A stretch of DNA of 64,000 nucleotides from an uncultured Bacilli bacterium (GCA_947629305.1 CANRDD010000001.1:6311-70310); one strand, 5' to 3'; shown: positions 1 through 11,038, counted from the stretch's first letter. Notes: a model not told the origin generated them from the letters alone. Made by a program: numbers and translations.

Positions 1-11
1 ATTTTATTATT

Positions 12-725
12 TTATTCATTATAGATAAATAAATAACGATCTAATCCAGCTAAATCTTTAAAAAATTCATATTTAATATTATAATTTTCCTTGATATAAT
101 TAATTAATAATTCTTTTTGATTATCGCCAATTTCAAAAGCTATTATTCCTTTGGGATTTAAATGTTTAAAAGCATAACTTAATATTTTTTTATAATAATA
201 TAAACCTTGATCTAAAGCAAATAAAGCTATATTTGGTTCATTATCTTTAACAATTTTACTAACATAACCATCAAAAGGTATATAGGGAGGATTAGAAATA
301 ATAATATCATATTTACCCTTTATTTCTTCTTCTATATTACTTTCATAAAAATTAATATAGACATTATTTAATTTAGCATTTTCTTTAGCTAAAACTAAAG
401 CATCTTTACTAATATCAAGAGCATCAACATCACAGGAAAGATGCTTTTTTAAACTTATGGCAATACACCCTGATCCAGTGCCAAGATCAATTATTTTAAT
501 TTTATTCTTAAAATTAGCTAAAGCATATTCAATTGTTCTTTCAACTAAACCTTCCGTTTCAAACCTAGGAATTAAGACTCTGGGATCAACTTTAATAAGT
601 GAACCATAAAAGTTAACATTACCTATTATATATTGAACAGGTTCATTATTTTCTAATCTTTTTAAAGCCATATTCCATTTATCTTGGGGTAAATATTTTT
701 TTAAATATTTAATCTCCTCATCCAT
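12..725 (-). CDS. prmC: Release factor glutamine N5-methyltransferase PrmC/HemK
   Basis: NPPY motif (IISNPPYIP); GTGSGCIAI SAM-binding motif; immediately downstream of prfA as in Bacillus. Confidence 0.8.
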   Translation of the reverse strand: MDEEIKYLKKYLPQDKWNMALKRLENNEPVQYIIGNVNFYGSLIKVDPRVLIPRFETEGLVERTIEYALANFKNKIKIIDLGTGSGCIAISLKKHLSCDVDALDISKDALVLAKENAKLNNVYINFYESNIEEEIKGKYDIIISNPPYIPFDGYVSKIVKDNEPNIALFALDQGLYYYKKILSYAFKHLNPKGIIAFEIGDNQKELLINYIKENYNIKYEFFKDLAGLDRYLFIYNE

Positions 726-726
726 C

Positions 727-1791
727 TTAATTTCCTTTTTCCCCTGCTAATTTCAAACGTAAATCTTCATTAATTAAAGCTGTAATTATAGCTTCTAAAT
801 CACCATCCATAACTTTATCTAAGTTCATAACAGAAAAATTAATCCGATGATCAGTTACTCTATTTTGAGGATAATTATATGTTCTTATTTTTTCTGATCT
901 ATCCCCAGTTCCTATTTTAGATTTTCGCTCAGCTCCAAGTTCTGTTTCTTGTTTATGCATTAATTCATCATTTAATTTAATTTTTAATAAATTTAAAGCT
1001 CTTTCTTTATTCATTAACTGACTTCTTTCCGTTTGACAAGTAACGGCAACACCAGTTGGGATGTGCGTAATCCGGACAGCTGAATTACTGGTATTAACAG
1101 ATTGACCTCCGGCACCACTGGAATGGAAAACATCAATTTTTAATTCTGATTCTTTAACTTCAATATTAACATTTTCTACTTCAGGCATAACTAACACAGT
1201 CGCGGTTGATGTATGCACTCTTCCTTGGGTTTCTGTCTCAGGCACTCTTTGAACTCGGTGAGATCCACTTTCATATTTTAGTTTGGAATAAACATTAGAT
1301 CCTTTCACCATAAATTCAATTTGGGCAAATCCTCCACTTGTTCCTTCAACTTCATGAATAACTTCAATTTTCCAACCATTTGCATCAGCATAATGACTAT
1401 ACATCCTAAATAAATCCCCAGCAAAAATGTTAGCTTCATCTCCCCCAGCAGCTCCTCTTATTTCCATGATAACATTTTTACCATCATTTTCATCTTTAGG
1501 AACTAACATTATTTCTAACTTTTGGGCTAATTCTTCTTTTTTTATCGTTAATTCATCTAATTCTAATGCTGCCATTTCTTTTAACTCAGGATCACTAGCC
1601 ATATCTTCTGCTTGTTTTAAATTATTCTCTATTCTTTTATATTCTTCATATGTTTCAACAATTTCTTTTAAATCACTTTGTTCTTTAGATAATTCTTTTA
1701 ATTTATTAAAATCATTTAATACTTCTGGTTTAACTAATTCTTCACTAATATTATTATATTTTTCTAATATTGCATCTAATCTTTTAAACAT
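727..1791 (-). CDS. prfA: Peptide chain release factor 1
   Basis: GGQ motif (SGAGGQSVNTSNSAVRITHIPTG); HRVQRVP-x-TE...GRVHTS core; typical length (354 aa); tripeptide motif reads PET rather than PAT/PVT. Confidence 0.9.
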   Translation of the reverse strand: MFKRLDAILEKYNNISEELVKPEVLNDFNKLKELSKEQSDLKEIVETYEEYKRIENNLKQAEDMASDPELKEMAALELDELTIKKEELAQKLEIMLVPKDENDGKNVIMEIRGAAGGDEANIFAGDLFRMYSHYADANGWKIEVIHEVEGTSGGFAQIEFMVKGSNVYSKLKYESGSHRVQRVPETETQGRVHTSTATVLVMPEVENVNIEVKESELKIDVFHSSGAGGQSVNTSNSAVRITHIPTGVAVTCQTERSQLMNKERALNLLKIKLNDELMHKQETELGAERKSKIGTGDRSEKIRTYNYPQNRVTDHRINFSVMNLDKVMDGDLEAIITALINEDLRLKLAGEKGN

Positions 1792-2028
1792 AATCTATTC
1801 ACCCTTGTTTTTATATTTTATCAAATAATCATAGAAAAAAAAAGGCTATTTCCATCTTTAAGTAAGAAAGATTATTTAATTTTAGCCTTTATTTTAATTA
1901 TCTTTTTGCAAATAGCCTTGATTTTTACTTTTGTAAAATAGTTAAATATGCAAAAAAGTACTCAATCTAACTAGATTAAACATAAATACTATATCTTTTC
2001 AAGTTTTTCCATCGATGCCCAAGATAAT

Positions 2029-3636
2029 CTATTTTTTATTATTAATTGAAGCTTTAATAAAGCCAACAAATAAAGGATGAGGTCTAGTTGGTCTACTTTT
2101 AAATTCAGGATGGAATTGACTAGCAATAAAAAATTTATGATGAGGATATTCAATTATTTCTACTAAATTACTAGCTTCATTTATTCCTGATAAAACTAAA
2201 CCATTTTCTTCTAATATCTTTTTATAATTATTATTAAATTCATAACGATGACGATGTCTTTCTAATATTTTATCTGTTTTATATAAATTATAAGCTAAAG
2301 TATTTTTACTTATTGTACATTCATAATTACCTAATCTTAATGTTCCTCCCATATTAAGAATGTATTTTTGATCCGCCATAAGGTCAATAATGGGATTTGC
2401 ACAAGTTTCTTTAAATTCTGTTGATGTTGCATCTTCTAAATGACATACATGCCGAGCAAATTCAATAACCGCTAGTTGCATCCCAAGACATATACCTAAA
2501 TAAGGAACATCATTCACTCTTGCATATTCAATAGCTTTAATTTTTCCTTCAATTCCTCTTGATCCAAATCCCCCAGGAACAAGTATACCCGTTACATCTT
2601 TAAATATTTCTTTTAAATTAACATCTGGTTTTTCTAAGTTTTCGGCATCAATAAACTTAATATTTACTTTATAATTAAATTTATATCCAGCATGTTTTAA
2701 AGATTCAATGACGGATATATAAGCATCATGTAATTCAATATATTTTCCAACTAAAGCAATACTAACTTCATCTTTTAAATTATTTACCGTATTAATTAAA
2801 TTTTGCCATTCTTTTAAATCAGCTTTCTTTAAATCTAATTTAAATTGTTTTAAAATAATTTCATCTATTTTTTGATTATAATAATTAATAGGTATTTCAT
2901 ATATATTTTTAACATCAATAGAATCAATAATATTTTCTAAAGGAACACTACAAAAAGTAGATATTTTTAATTTTAATGATGCTGGTGTTGCAAATGGTGC
3001 TCTTAAAACTAAAGCATTAGGATAAATACCTAAACCGGTTAAATCTTTAACACTATTTTGGGTTGGTTTACTTTTTAATTCTTCTGATCCATAGATAAAA
3101 GGAACTAAAGTGGTATGTACAATAAATATTTCTTCATTACCAAGTTCATGTTGCATTTGTCTTATAGCTTCTAAAAAAGTTAAAGATTCAATATCTCCAA
3201 CCGTACCACCAATTTCGGTAATAACTATGTCAGCATTAGAAGAAACCCCAGCTTCAATTATTTTATTTTTAATTTCATTTGTAACATGAGGTATCATTTG
3301 CACTGTTGCCCCTAAGTATTCCCCTTTTCTTTCTTTTTCAATAACTGATTTATATATTTTCCCACTGGTAATATTTGATGAATAATTTAATTCTTCATCT
3401 ATAAATCTTTCATAATGTCCTAAATCTAAATCTGTTTCACAACCATCATAAGTTACAAAAACTTCCCCATGCTGAATCGGATTCATTGTTCCTGGATCCA
3501 CATTAATATAAGGATCAAACTTTTGCATAAATACCTTATAACCTCTTGCTTTTAATAATAAAGCAATTGATGATGCTGTTATACCTTTTCCTAAACCAGA
3601 GACCACTCCTCCAGTTACAAATACATATTTTGTCAT
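2029..3636 (-). CDS. pyrG: CTP synthase
   Basis: N-terminal [19 protein letters not shown]; glutamine amidotransferase C-terminal domain (GICLGMQ); 535 aa. Confidence 0.95.
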   Translation of the reverse strand: MTKYVFVTGGVVSGLGKGITASSIALLLKARGYKVFMQKFDPYINVDPGTMNPIQHGEVFVTYDGCETDLDLGHYERFIDEELNYSSNITSGKIYKSVIEKERKGEYLGATVQMIPHVTNEIKNKIIEAGVSSNADIVITEIGGTVGDIESLTFLEAIRQMQHELGNEEIFIVHTTLVPFIYGSEELKSKPTQNSVKDLTGLGIYPNALVLRAPFATPASLKLKISTFCSVPLENIIDSIDVKNIYEIPINYYNQKIDEIILKQFKLDLKKADLKEWQNLINTVNNLKDEVSIALVGKYIELHDAYISVIESLKHAGYKFNYKVNIKFIDAENLEKPDVNLKEIFKDVTGILVPGGFGSRGIEGKIKAIEYARVNDVPYLGICLGMQLAVIEFARHVCHLEDATSTEFKETCANPIIDLMADQKYILNMGGTLRLGNYECTISKNTLAYNLYKTDKILERHRHRYEFNNNYKKILEENGLVLSGINEASNLVEIIEYPHHKFFIASQFHPEFKSRPTRPHPLFVGFIKASINNKK

Positions 3637-3720
3637 TAAATACTCCTTTTACAATGAGAGTACTATAGGCTCTCTTAAATTATAACATATCCCCCAAATT
3701 AAAAAAAGACTAATTAGATT

Positions 3721-4170
3721 TTATTCTAAATTAGCCTCATCATTTTCATCTACAATCATTAAATCTGCTAAATCATCATCTTCAACATCATCTGTATCTT
3801 CATCTTTATCATAGAAAATATCTTCTTCTTCCTCATCTTCATCTATATCATCAATGACTTCATCATTAACATCATCAACAATTTCTTCATCTTCTTCCAT
3901 ATCTTCAACAACCATATTTAAATTATGTCTTGATTGTAAATCCCAATAGCCATTTTCTAACATAACAAATTTTTTATTAATAGACATTTTTTCAAAAAAA
4001 GCAATTAATTCTTCTTCATAAACACTATCTGGTAATTCTAATGCTTCACATATTTTCTTAAATATATCCTTTAAAGTCATTTTCTTTCCAGATTCTTGTA
4101 ATACAATTAAAGCAATATCATCATAACTCATTAATTCTAATTCATCTTTAGGAATATCCCTTAATTTCAT
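3721..4170 (-). CDS. rpoE: DNA-directed RNA polymerase delta subunit (HARE-HTH N-domain plus polyacidic tail)
   Basis: N-terminal SYDDIALIVLQESGKKMTLKDIF...NGYWDLQSR; Asp/Glu-rich C-terminal half; adjacent to pyrG as in B. subtilis. Confidence 0.8.
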   Translation of the reverse strand: MKLRDIPKDELELMSYDDIALIVLQESGKKMTLKDIFKKICEALELPDSVYEEELIAFFEKMSINKKFVMLENGYWDLQSRHNLNMVVEDMEEDEEIVDDVNDEVIDDIDEDEEEEDIFYDKDEDTDDVEDDDLADLMIVDENDEANLE

Positions 4171-4185
4171 TTTTATCCTTCTTTC

Positions 4186-5790
4186 TTACATTTTTTCAGG
4201 AGGTATAACCCCAATTAAATTTAACGCATTAAAGATGGTAATTTGTACCCCTTTAATTAAATTTAATCTTTCCAAAGTTTCTTCTTCATTATCTGTTAAT
4301 ATCCTTATTTGTTGATAATAATTATGAAATAATGTTGCTAGTTCATAAACATAATTAACAATTAAATGAGGTAATTCCTTTAAAGCAGCCATTTTAACTA
4401 CATCTGGGAATTCATAAACTTTTTCTAAAACATTATATGTTATTTCTTCATTTAATGCAACATATTTTGTAATATTTTTAGATAACTCTTTTTCTTTTAA
4501 TATAGAACATATTCTTGCATAAGCATAACTAACGTAATATACAGGGTTTTCATTAGACTTAGCTTTAGCTAAATTAAGATCAAAATCCATTTGAGTATCT
4601 AAACTATATTTAGCAAAATAATAACGAGCAGCATTAACCCCAACTTCAGCAATTAATTCTTTTAAAGTAACGGATTTACCTGTTCTTTTACTCATTTTAA
4701 CAACTTCACCATTTTCGACTAAACGAACTAATTGTAATAATTTAACTTCTAAAAGATCAGGATCATTACCTAAGGCTTTAACACTACTTTTAAGACGAGC
4801 CACATAACCATGATGATCAGTTCCTAATATATCAATAATTTTTGTATAACCTCTTTTATATTTATCATAATGATAGGCTATATCTGGTACTAAATAAGTA
4901 AGACTTCCATCTTCTTTAATTAATACATGATCTTTATCATCATAAATACTACTACATTTAAACCAAGTAGCTCCATCTTGTTTATATATATATCCATTTT
5001 TATCTAATTTATTAATTATTTCATAAGGATCATATTCTTTTCTAATCTCTTTTTCACTCGTTAATTTATCATATTCTATTCGATATTCTTTTAAATCATC
5101 TAATATTTTATTTAATAATTCTTTTATACCTAATTCTTTAAAAAATTCTAAATCTTTATCTAATGCTTTATCTTGATATTCATTATAAATTTTTGTAGCT
5201 AATTCTTTTATTTCTGAACCAAAATAGCCACCTTCTGGCATTTCTTCTTTAATCCCACATAATTCCTTATAACGACAAAGAATTGATAAACCTAAGTTAT
5301 TAATTTGATTACCTGCATCATTAACATAATATTCTTTGGTAACATCATATCCAGAAAAAGCCATGATTCGAGCTAAAGAATCACCATAAGCTCCTCCTCT
5401 AGCATTACCTAAATGTAATATTCCCGTTGGATTAGCACTAACAAATTCAATATTAACTTTTTGCCCTTCTCCTATATTACTTCGACCATAATTTTCTTTT
5501 TCTTCTAATACTTTATTTAAATTTGTAAATAAATAATCTTTGCGAACAAAAAAATTAATAAATCCAGGTTCTTTTACTTCTATCTTTATAATATCTTCAT
5601 CATTTATTTTATCTTTAATCCATAAAGCTATATCCATTGGTTTTTGTTTAAATATACTAGCAAGTTTCATGGCAATATTACTGGCATAATCCCCATGAGA
5701 TGCATCTTTACTCTTTGTTACTTCTACATCTATATCTATACCTTTTTCTTTTATTACTTCTTTTATTATATTTATTAATTTATCTTTCAT
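4186..5790 (-). CDS. argS: Arginine--tRNA ligase
   Basis: PTGILHLGNARGGAYGDSLARIM (class I HIGH region of ArgRS); KMSKRTGKSV; DALR anticodon-binding C-terminus; 534 aa. Confidence 0.9.
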   Translation of the reverse strand: MKDKLINIIKEVIKEKGIDIDVEVTKSKDASHGDYASNIAMKLASIFKQKPMDIALWIKDKINDEDIIKIEVKEPGFINFFVRKDYLFTNLNKVLEEKENYGRSNIGEGQKVNIEFVSANPTGILHLGNARGGAYGDSLARIMAFSGYDVTKEYYVNDAGNQINNLGLSILCRYKELCGIKEEMPEGGYFGSEIKELATKIYNEYQDKALDKDLEFFKELGIKELLNKILDDLKEYRIEYDKLTSEKEIRKEYDPYEIINKLDKNGYIYKQDGATWFKCSSIYDDKDHVLIKEDGSLTYLVPDIAYHYDKYKRGYTKIIDILGTDHHGYVARLKSSVKALGNDPDLLEVKLLQLVRLVENGEVVKMSKRTGKSVTLKELIAEVGVNAARYYFAKYSLDTQMDFDLNLAKAKSNENPVYYVSYAYARICSILKEKELSKNITKYVALNEEITYNVLEKVYEFPDVVKMAALKELPHLIVNYVYELATLFHNYYQQIRILTDNEEETLERLNLIKGVQITIFNALNLIGVIPPEKM

Positions 5791-6156
5791 TTAGACATCT
5801 TTCCTTTGAATAATTAAAGTTTTTATATCATCATCAAAATTATACTTTAATTTTATTTCCTTATTATTATCTACATATTCACATTCTATATCAATATCAC
5901 AACTTTCCCCATTTAAAAAGATAAAACTCCCTATTTTTTTCTTAAAATCAATAATCATTTTATATTCTTTTGTTATTCTTTGATATATTTTATTTTCCCT
6001 ATCAATAATTTGTTTAGGTTCTTCATCAATAACTATTTGGGAATTATCAAAACTAGTTAATAAATCATTTTGCCAAACTATTTGTTCATTACTTAATAGT
6101 TTCCAACTAACCATTTCTTTCAAAAGACAAGTTCCTCCCTTGTTTTTCGAGAACAA
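5791..6156 (-). CDS. Hypothetical protein (possibly DUF1934-like, position conserved upstream of argS in Firmicutes)
   Basis: ORF abutting argS start (1 bp gap); no recognisable motif; call based on position only. Confidence 0.3.
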   Translation of the reverse strand: MFSKNKGGTCLLKEMVSWKLLSNEQIVWQNDLLTSFDNSQIVIDEEPKQIIDRENKIYQRITKEYKMIIDFKKKIGSFIFLNGESCDIDIECEYVDNNKEIKLKYNFDDDIKTLIIQRKDV

Positions 6157-6250
6157 TTATAGCATGATATATTTTACTTGTAAACTAAAAAATTTCTTAT
6201 ATTAAAAAGAATACTATTATTTATTACTTAAATAGTATTCTTAATTATTA

Positions 6251-9200
6251 TTAATCTTTTTTTAAAGTTAATACTTTATTATCATCAGTTGCTATATCTA
6301 TCATAGTATCTAAAAAAACATTTATATTATCTTTATATATTAATAATACTTTTCTTGTTACATCTATTACTTCCGCGGGTTCTATATTTAAAAAGGATGA
6401 GATAGATTCCGTGGAAAAACATTTACCATCTATATATCCTAATTTTAAAGCAATAATAACCGCTTCTTTAACTGATAAAGTACTCATCATTTGCGTAAAT
6501 GATGGAGCTCTTAATAATTCTAATAATTTTAAAGAATCTTCTCTTGTCATCTCTATCTTTGTAAATTTTGATTCTATTTTAGGTTCTGTTTTAGATATTA
6601 AATCCCCATTTACTTGTTCTGTTTGAGACAATTCATTCTTAATCCTATTTTCTCTTTCCTTAGTTGAATTTTCTAATAACCTGCGCATTTTCGGTACTAA
6701 CGTATTATAAAACTTAGCACTTAATGTTCTATTTAATTTTGTTGAAACATGTTTATTTAAATCATCTCCATAACGAAGTCTTAATAATTCTTGATCATTT
6801 TCATTTAATTTGGTTAACATTTCATCTATTTGTTCTTTAGAATAATCTTCAAAATATTCATATATTGTTTTTATTGGTCCTTCTTTGGTAGGATTTTCTA
6901 ATAATCTGCGCATTCTTGGTACTAACATATTATAAAATTTATTACTTTGTTCTTTATTTAATTTGGTTGAAATAGGATTATTTAAATCATTACCATAACG
7001 AAGTTTTAATATTTCTTTTTCTTCTTCATTTAATTTGGTTAACATTTCATCTATTTGTTCTTTAGAATAATCTTCAAAATATTCATATATTGTTTTTATT
7101 GATCCTTCTTTAGTTGGATTTTCTAATAATCTTCGCATTCTTGGTAATAATGTACCATAAAATTTAATACTTTGTTCTTTATTTAATTCTGTTGAAATAG
7201 GCTTATTTAAATCATTACCATAACGAAGAGTCAACATTTCTTTTTCTTCTTCATTTAATTTGGTTAACATTTCATCTATTTGTTCTCTAGTATATGTTCC
7301 AAAATATTCATATATTGTCTTTATTTTTCGCACTTTTTCTTTTTTCCTTTCAACTATTTTTTCTTCATTTCCATTTATTTTTGATTCAGTTTCTATTCTT
7401 TTACTTTTATTTTTTCCTTTTCTTTCTTTTGTTGGATTCTTTAGTAATCGCTTCATTCGAGGAATTAATATATTATAAAATTTTATGCTTTGATCTTTAG
7501 TTAATTTTGTTGAAACAGGATTATTTAAATCTGCTCCATACCTAAGTCTTATTAATTCTTGATCTTCTTCATTTAATTTTAATATCACTTCATCTACTTC
7601 TTCTTTAGGATAGTCTTCAAAAAGTTCATATATTGTTTTTATTGTTCCTTCTCTAGTAGGATTTTCTAATAATCTTCGCATTCGAGAAATTAATAAACTA
7701 TAAAATTTTGTACTTTGGTCATTATTTAATTCTGTTAAAGCTGGATTATTTAAATCTTCTCCATAACGGAGCTTTAATATCTCTTTTTCTTCTTCATTTA
7801 ATCTTGTTATTACTTCATCTACTTGTTCTTTGGTATATGTTCCAAAATGTTCATATATTGTTTTTATTCTTCGAGGTTGTTCAGTTACATTCTCTTTCAT
7901 TTTTAAGCTATTTTCTTTTAAAGTAGCCCTTTTAGGATTATCTGTTTCTCTATAAATTGTTCTATATTTATCTATATTTTTTAAAGATAAATCGGGATAA
8001 GGTGTATATAAAGCTAAATCTTTAACATATTTTGACCATCTAATACGCATCAAAGCTGTGGCTTCAATTTGTTGGATTCTTTGTCTAGTTAAATGATATT
8101 TTTTACTTATTTCATTAAAAGTCATAGGTTTTTGATTATCAAACCCACATCGCATCTTTAATACTTCTATTTCCATTGGTTTCAAATTACAATTATCAAA
8201 TAAGTTTTGCACTATATCCGGCAAAGATTCATTTATAATTATTTCTTCAGGAGTCTCAGTTGAACTTGGTATTAAATTTTCTAACTCCGTGTCCTCTTCA
8301 TCATTAACAAAATTATTAATACTTACTGTATCAACTTGCAAATTAGATAATTCTGAAACAAATGAAACAGATAATCCCATTTCCTTAGCTATTTCATTTA
8401 TAGTTGGATTTCTACCTAATTTTTCTTCCAATTTAGTTATTGTTTTTTTATATAATGCTATCTTTTCATGCAAGTGCACGGGTATTCTTACATTTCGACC
8501 TTTATCCGCGATAGATCTAGTTATAGCTTGTCTTATCCACCATGTAGCATAGGTTGAAAATTTATAATTTTTATTTAAATCAAATCTATCTACCGCGGTC
8601 ATTAAACCAATGTTACCTTCTTGAACAAGATCTAAGAAAGAAAGGCCCCTTCCATAATATTTTCTAGCTATACTAATTACTAATCTTAAATTACTTTCAA
8701 TAAATAATTTTCTCGCATTATAATCACCTAGAGCCATTTTATTAAGAAGATCTTTTTCTTGTTCATCTGTGAGAAGTGGTCTTTTCCCAACTTCCCTAAA
8801 ATACATATCTGTGGCACTCATAACACCTAAATATTCTTCATCATAGGCATTTTCATTTACATTTTCTAATTCATTTATGTCAATATTATTTAACATACAA
8901 TATGTATCTATAATTGACTCTAATAAATTATCATTAAATTGTTCATCTACATTACCAGATTTTAATTGTTTATAATATTCTTTAAATACAACTATAATCA
9001 TTTTATTAAAAATACTATTTTCATTTATAAGTTTAATTAATAAATCTATACTTGGAACATAATTATAACTTTCTAAAAATCTACTTAATTTTTTAAAATT
9101 TTTGATTGCTCCTTCATAATTTTCTATTTTTATAAATTTTTGATTTATATAATTATTTAATAATATAAATGATTGATTTGCATCTAAAAGCATATTTTTA

Positions 9201-9433
9201 GTAATTTTAGCTATTTTAATTTTAATTTGTTTATTTATATATTCATTATAATTTGGTACACCTTTATATGTTTTTTTAGAAATATCAATTTCATTTAAAA
9301 CTAATTTTTCATAATCTTCCCTCGAAATATTTAAATACTTTGTCGATATATATATTTTATTAATAACAGGCATAATTATTTCATATATTTGTTTTGAATC
9401 TAATTCTTGAATATTATATAAATTTAATTCCAT
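6251..9433 (-). CDS. RpoD-family (group 1/2, SigA-like) sigma factor with unusual ~200-aa N-terminal domain and ~450-aa C-terminal extension of five tandem ~75-aa degenerate region-4-like repeats plus a terminal region-4-like domain
   Basis: Region 1.2 ([12 protein letters not shown]); region 2 ([17 protein letters not shown]...[19 protein letters not shown]); region 3; region 4.2 ([30 protein letters not shown]); then repeats [71 protein letters not shown] x5; C-terminal [45 protein letters not shown]. Confidence 0.85.
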   Translation of the reverse strand: MELNLYNIQELDSKQIYEIIMPVINKIYISTKYLNISREDYEKLVLNEIDISKKTYKGVPNYNEYINKQIKIKIAKITKNMLLDANQSFILLNNYINQKFIKIENYEGAIKNFKKLSRFLESYNYVPSIDLLIKLINENSIFNKMIIVVFKEYYKQLKSGNVDEQFNDNLLESIIDTYCMLNNIDINELENVNENAYDEEYLGVMSATDMYFREVGKRPLLTDEQEKDLLNKMALGDYNARKLFIESNLRLVISIARKYYGRGLSFLDLVQEGNIGLMTAVDRFDLNKNYKFSTYATWWIRQAITRSIADKGRNVRIPVHLHEKIALYKKTITKLEEKLGRNPTINEIAKEMGLSVSFVSELSNLQVDTVSINNFVNDEEDTELENLIPSSTETPEEIIINESLPDIVQNLFDNCNLKPMEIEVLKMRCGFDNQKPMTFNEISKKYHLTRQRIQQIEATALMRIRWSKYVKDLALYTPYPDLSLKNIDKYRTIYRETDNPKRATLKENSLKMKENVTEQPRRIKTIYEHFGTYTKEQVDEVITRLNEEEKEILKLRYGEDLNNPALTELNNDQSTKFYSLLISRMRRLLENPTREGTIKTIYELFEDYPKEEVDEVILKLNEEDQELIRLRYGADLNNPVSTKLTKDQSIKFYNILIPRMKRLLKNPTKERKGKNKSKRIETESKINGNEEKIVERKKEKVRKIKTIYEYFGTYTREQIDEMLTKLNEEEKEMLTLRYGNDLNKPISTELNKEQSIKFYGTLLPRMRRLLENPTKEGSIKTIYEYFEDYSKEQIDEMLTKLNEEEKEILKLRYGNDLNNPISTKLNKEQSNKFYNMLVPRMRRLLENPTKEGPIKTIYEYFEDYSKEQIDEMLTKLNENDQELLRLRYGDDLNKHVSTKLNRTLSAKFYNTLVPKMRRLLENSTKERENRIKNELSQTEQVNGDLISKTEPKIESKFTKIEMTREDSLKLLELLRAPSFTQMMSTLSVKEAVIIALKLGYIDGKCFSTESISSFLNIEPAEVIDVTRKVLLIYKDNINVFLDTMIDIATDDNKVLTLKKD

Positions 9434-9458
9434 TTATTTTCTCCTGTTCTAAAGATTA

Positions 9459-11006
9459 TTAATCTTTTTTTAAAGTTAATACTTTTTCTTTTCTTTTTTC
9501 TTCTGTAGCTATTTCTATTACATTATCTAAAAAACTATTTAATAATACTTTCTTTGTTATATCTATTACTTCTTCTGGTTCTATATTTAAAAAGGCCGAG
9601 ATAGATTTCGTGGAAAAACACCTGCCATCAATATACCCTAATCTTAAAGCTATAACTACGGCTTCTTTAACAGATAAAATCTTCATCAATTGAGCAAAGG
9701 ATGGTGCTTTTACTAAATCGATTAACTTCAAACAGTCTTCTTTAGTTATTTCAATATTATTAGTTTCTGATACTGTTTCTTTTTGCCCTAATTCTTCTTT
9801 AATTTCTAAAACTGGTTTCTTAACTTCTTTTTTAATTCTTTGTGTTCTTTTTCCTGTTGGATTTTCTAATAACTTCTTCATTCTTGGTACTAATACACTA
9901 TAAAATTTATTACTTTCTTCCTTAGTGAGTTTTGTTAAAACATGCTCATTTAAATCATCACCATACCTAAGTCTTATTAATTTCTTATCTTCTTCACTTA
10001 ATTTACTTAACATTTCATCTACTTGTTCTTTAGAATAATTATTAAAATGTTCATATATTGTTTTTAATTTTATTAAATTTGTATTTGGGTTTTTTAATAA
10101 TCTTTTCATTTTAGTTGCTAATAACCCATAGAATTTATAACTTTGTTCTTCTGTTAAATTGGTTGAAGATGAAATATTTAAATCTTCGCCAAAACGAAGT
10201 CTGATTAATTTCATCTCTTCTCCATTTAATTTTGTTAACATTTCATCTATTTGTTCTTTAGAATAATTTCCAAAATATTCATATATTGTATTAGCATTTC
10301 GTCTTTTTCTTTTGCCACTTTCAATTATATCTAATTCTATTATATCTTTATCCCTTAATTTTTCTCTTAATTCCTTAACTGTCTTGATAATTATTCGGGA
10401 AACATATGACTGAGAAATGTTTAACATCTCGGCAATTTCCTTTTGGTTATAAGTCCGATTATTATAAAAACCAAAATGAAGTTTAATGATTTTTTTACTT
10501 TTATCTGGTAATTCATTTATTAATTCTCTTAAAACTTGATAAAGATTAGATGTTTCATTATTATCTATATAATCACCTGCGAAGTCTTTACCATCACTAA
10601 GATAATCTTCCAACTTAATTTTACTACCATCACGATTTTGAAAAATAACTTTATCTAAACTTTCAATTTTCTTATCTTTATCTAATTTTCTTAAAAACAT
10701 TATTATTTCATTATCAATACATCTAGAAGCATAAGAAGAAAATCTAATATTTTTTGATATATCAAAAGTATCAACAGCTTTAAATAACCCTAAAATACCT
10801 ATAGATACTAATTCTTTTTTTTCATAATCAACTGTTTTAAATTTATTTGTTACTTCATATAAAACTAATCTAGTATTATGTTCTATTATTTTATTTCTTG
10901 CTTCATTATCACCATTTTGGGCTTGTTGAAGCAAATCACAAAATTCTTCATCAGATAATAATTTAGGTAATTTATGTCCATCTATAAATATTTCTTCTGT
11001 ACTCAT
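9459..11006 (-). CDS. SigE/SigK-family (sporulation-type, group 3) sigma factor paralog with C-terminal extension of two region-4-like repeats plus the same terminal domain as the upstream sigma
   Basis: LSDEEFCDLLQQAQNGDNEARNKIIEHNTRLVLYEVTNKF (region 2, SigK/E/G-like); YASRCIDNEIIMFLRKL; region 4 IIKLHFGFYNNRTYNQKEIAEMLNISQSYVSRII; then [22 protein letters not shown]...LIRLRFGEDLN repeats; C-terminus ~70% identical to that of the 1060-aa protein (both end VLTLKKD). Confidence 0.8.
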   Translation of the reverse strand: MSTEEIFIDGHKLPKLLSDEEFCDLLQQAQNGDNEARNKIIEHNTRLVLYEVTNKFKTVDYEKKELVSIGILGLFKAVDTFDISKNIRFSSYASRCIDNEIIMFLRKLDKDKKIESLDKVIFQNRDGSKIKLEDYLSDGKDFAGDYIDNNETSNLYQVLRELINELPDKSKKIIKLHFGFYNNRTYNQKEIAEMLNISQSYVSRIIIKTVKELREKLRDKDIIELDIIESGKRKRRNANTIYEYFGNYSKEQIDEMLTKLNGEEMKLIRLRFGEDLNISSSTNLTEEQSYKFYGLLATKMKRLLKNPNTNLIKLKTIYEHFNNYSKEQVDEMLSKLSEEDKKLIRLRYGDDLNEHVLTKLTKEESNKFYSVLVPRMKKLLENPTGKRTQRIKKEVKKPVLEIKEELGQKETVSETNNIEITKEDCLKLIDLVKAPSFAQLMKILSVKEAVVIALRLGYIDGRCFSTKSISAFLNIEPEEVIDITKKVLLNSFLDNVIEIATEEKRKEKVLTLKKD

Positions 11007-11038
11007 ACTGATTCTCCTTATCTTTAGAAGAAGTATAT

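Noticed and set aside
1427-1828. 133-aa plus-strand ORF inside prfA
   Set aside because: Antisense to the highly conserved prfA. Ser/Leu/Asn-rich low-complexity translation.
1792-2028. Possible terminator hairpin in the prfA-pyrG intergenic region
   Set aside because: Only weak, interrupted stems could be drawn (ggcta...tagcc with a 35-nt loop; atcttt/aaagat). Not convincing enough to call.
6411-8552. Plus-strand ORFs of 68-87 aa inside the large sigma gene (6411-6626, 7260-7500, 7708-7926, 8289-8552)
   Set aside because: They lie antisense to a well-supported CDS. They translate to low-complexity Leu/Phe-rich peptides produced by the AT-rich repeat DNA, and they have no RBS. Spurious.
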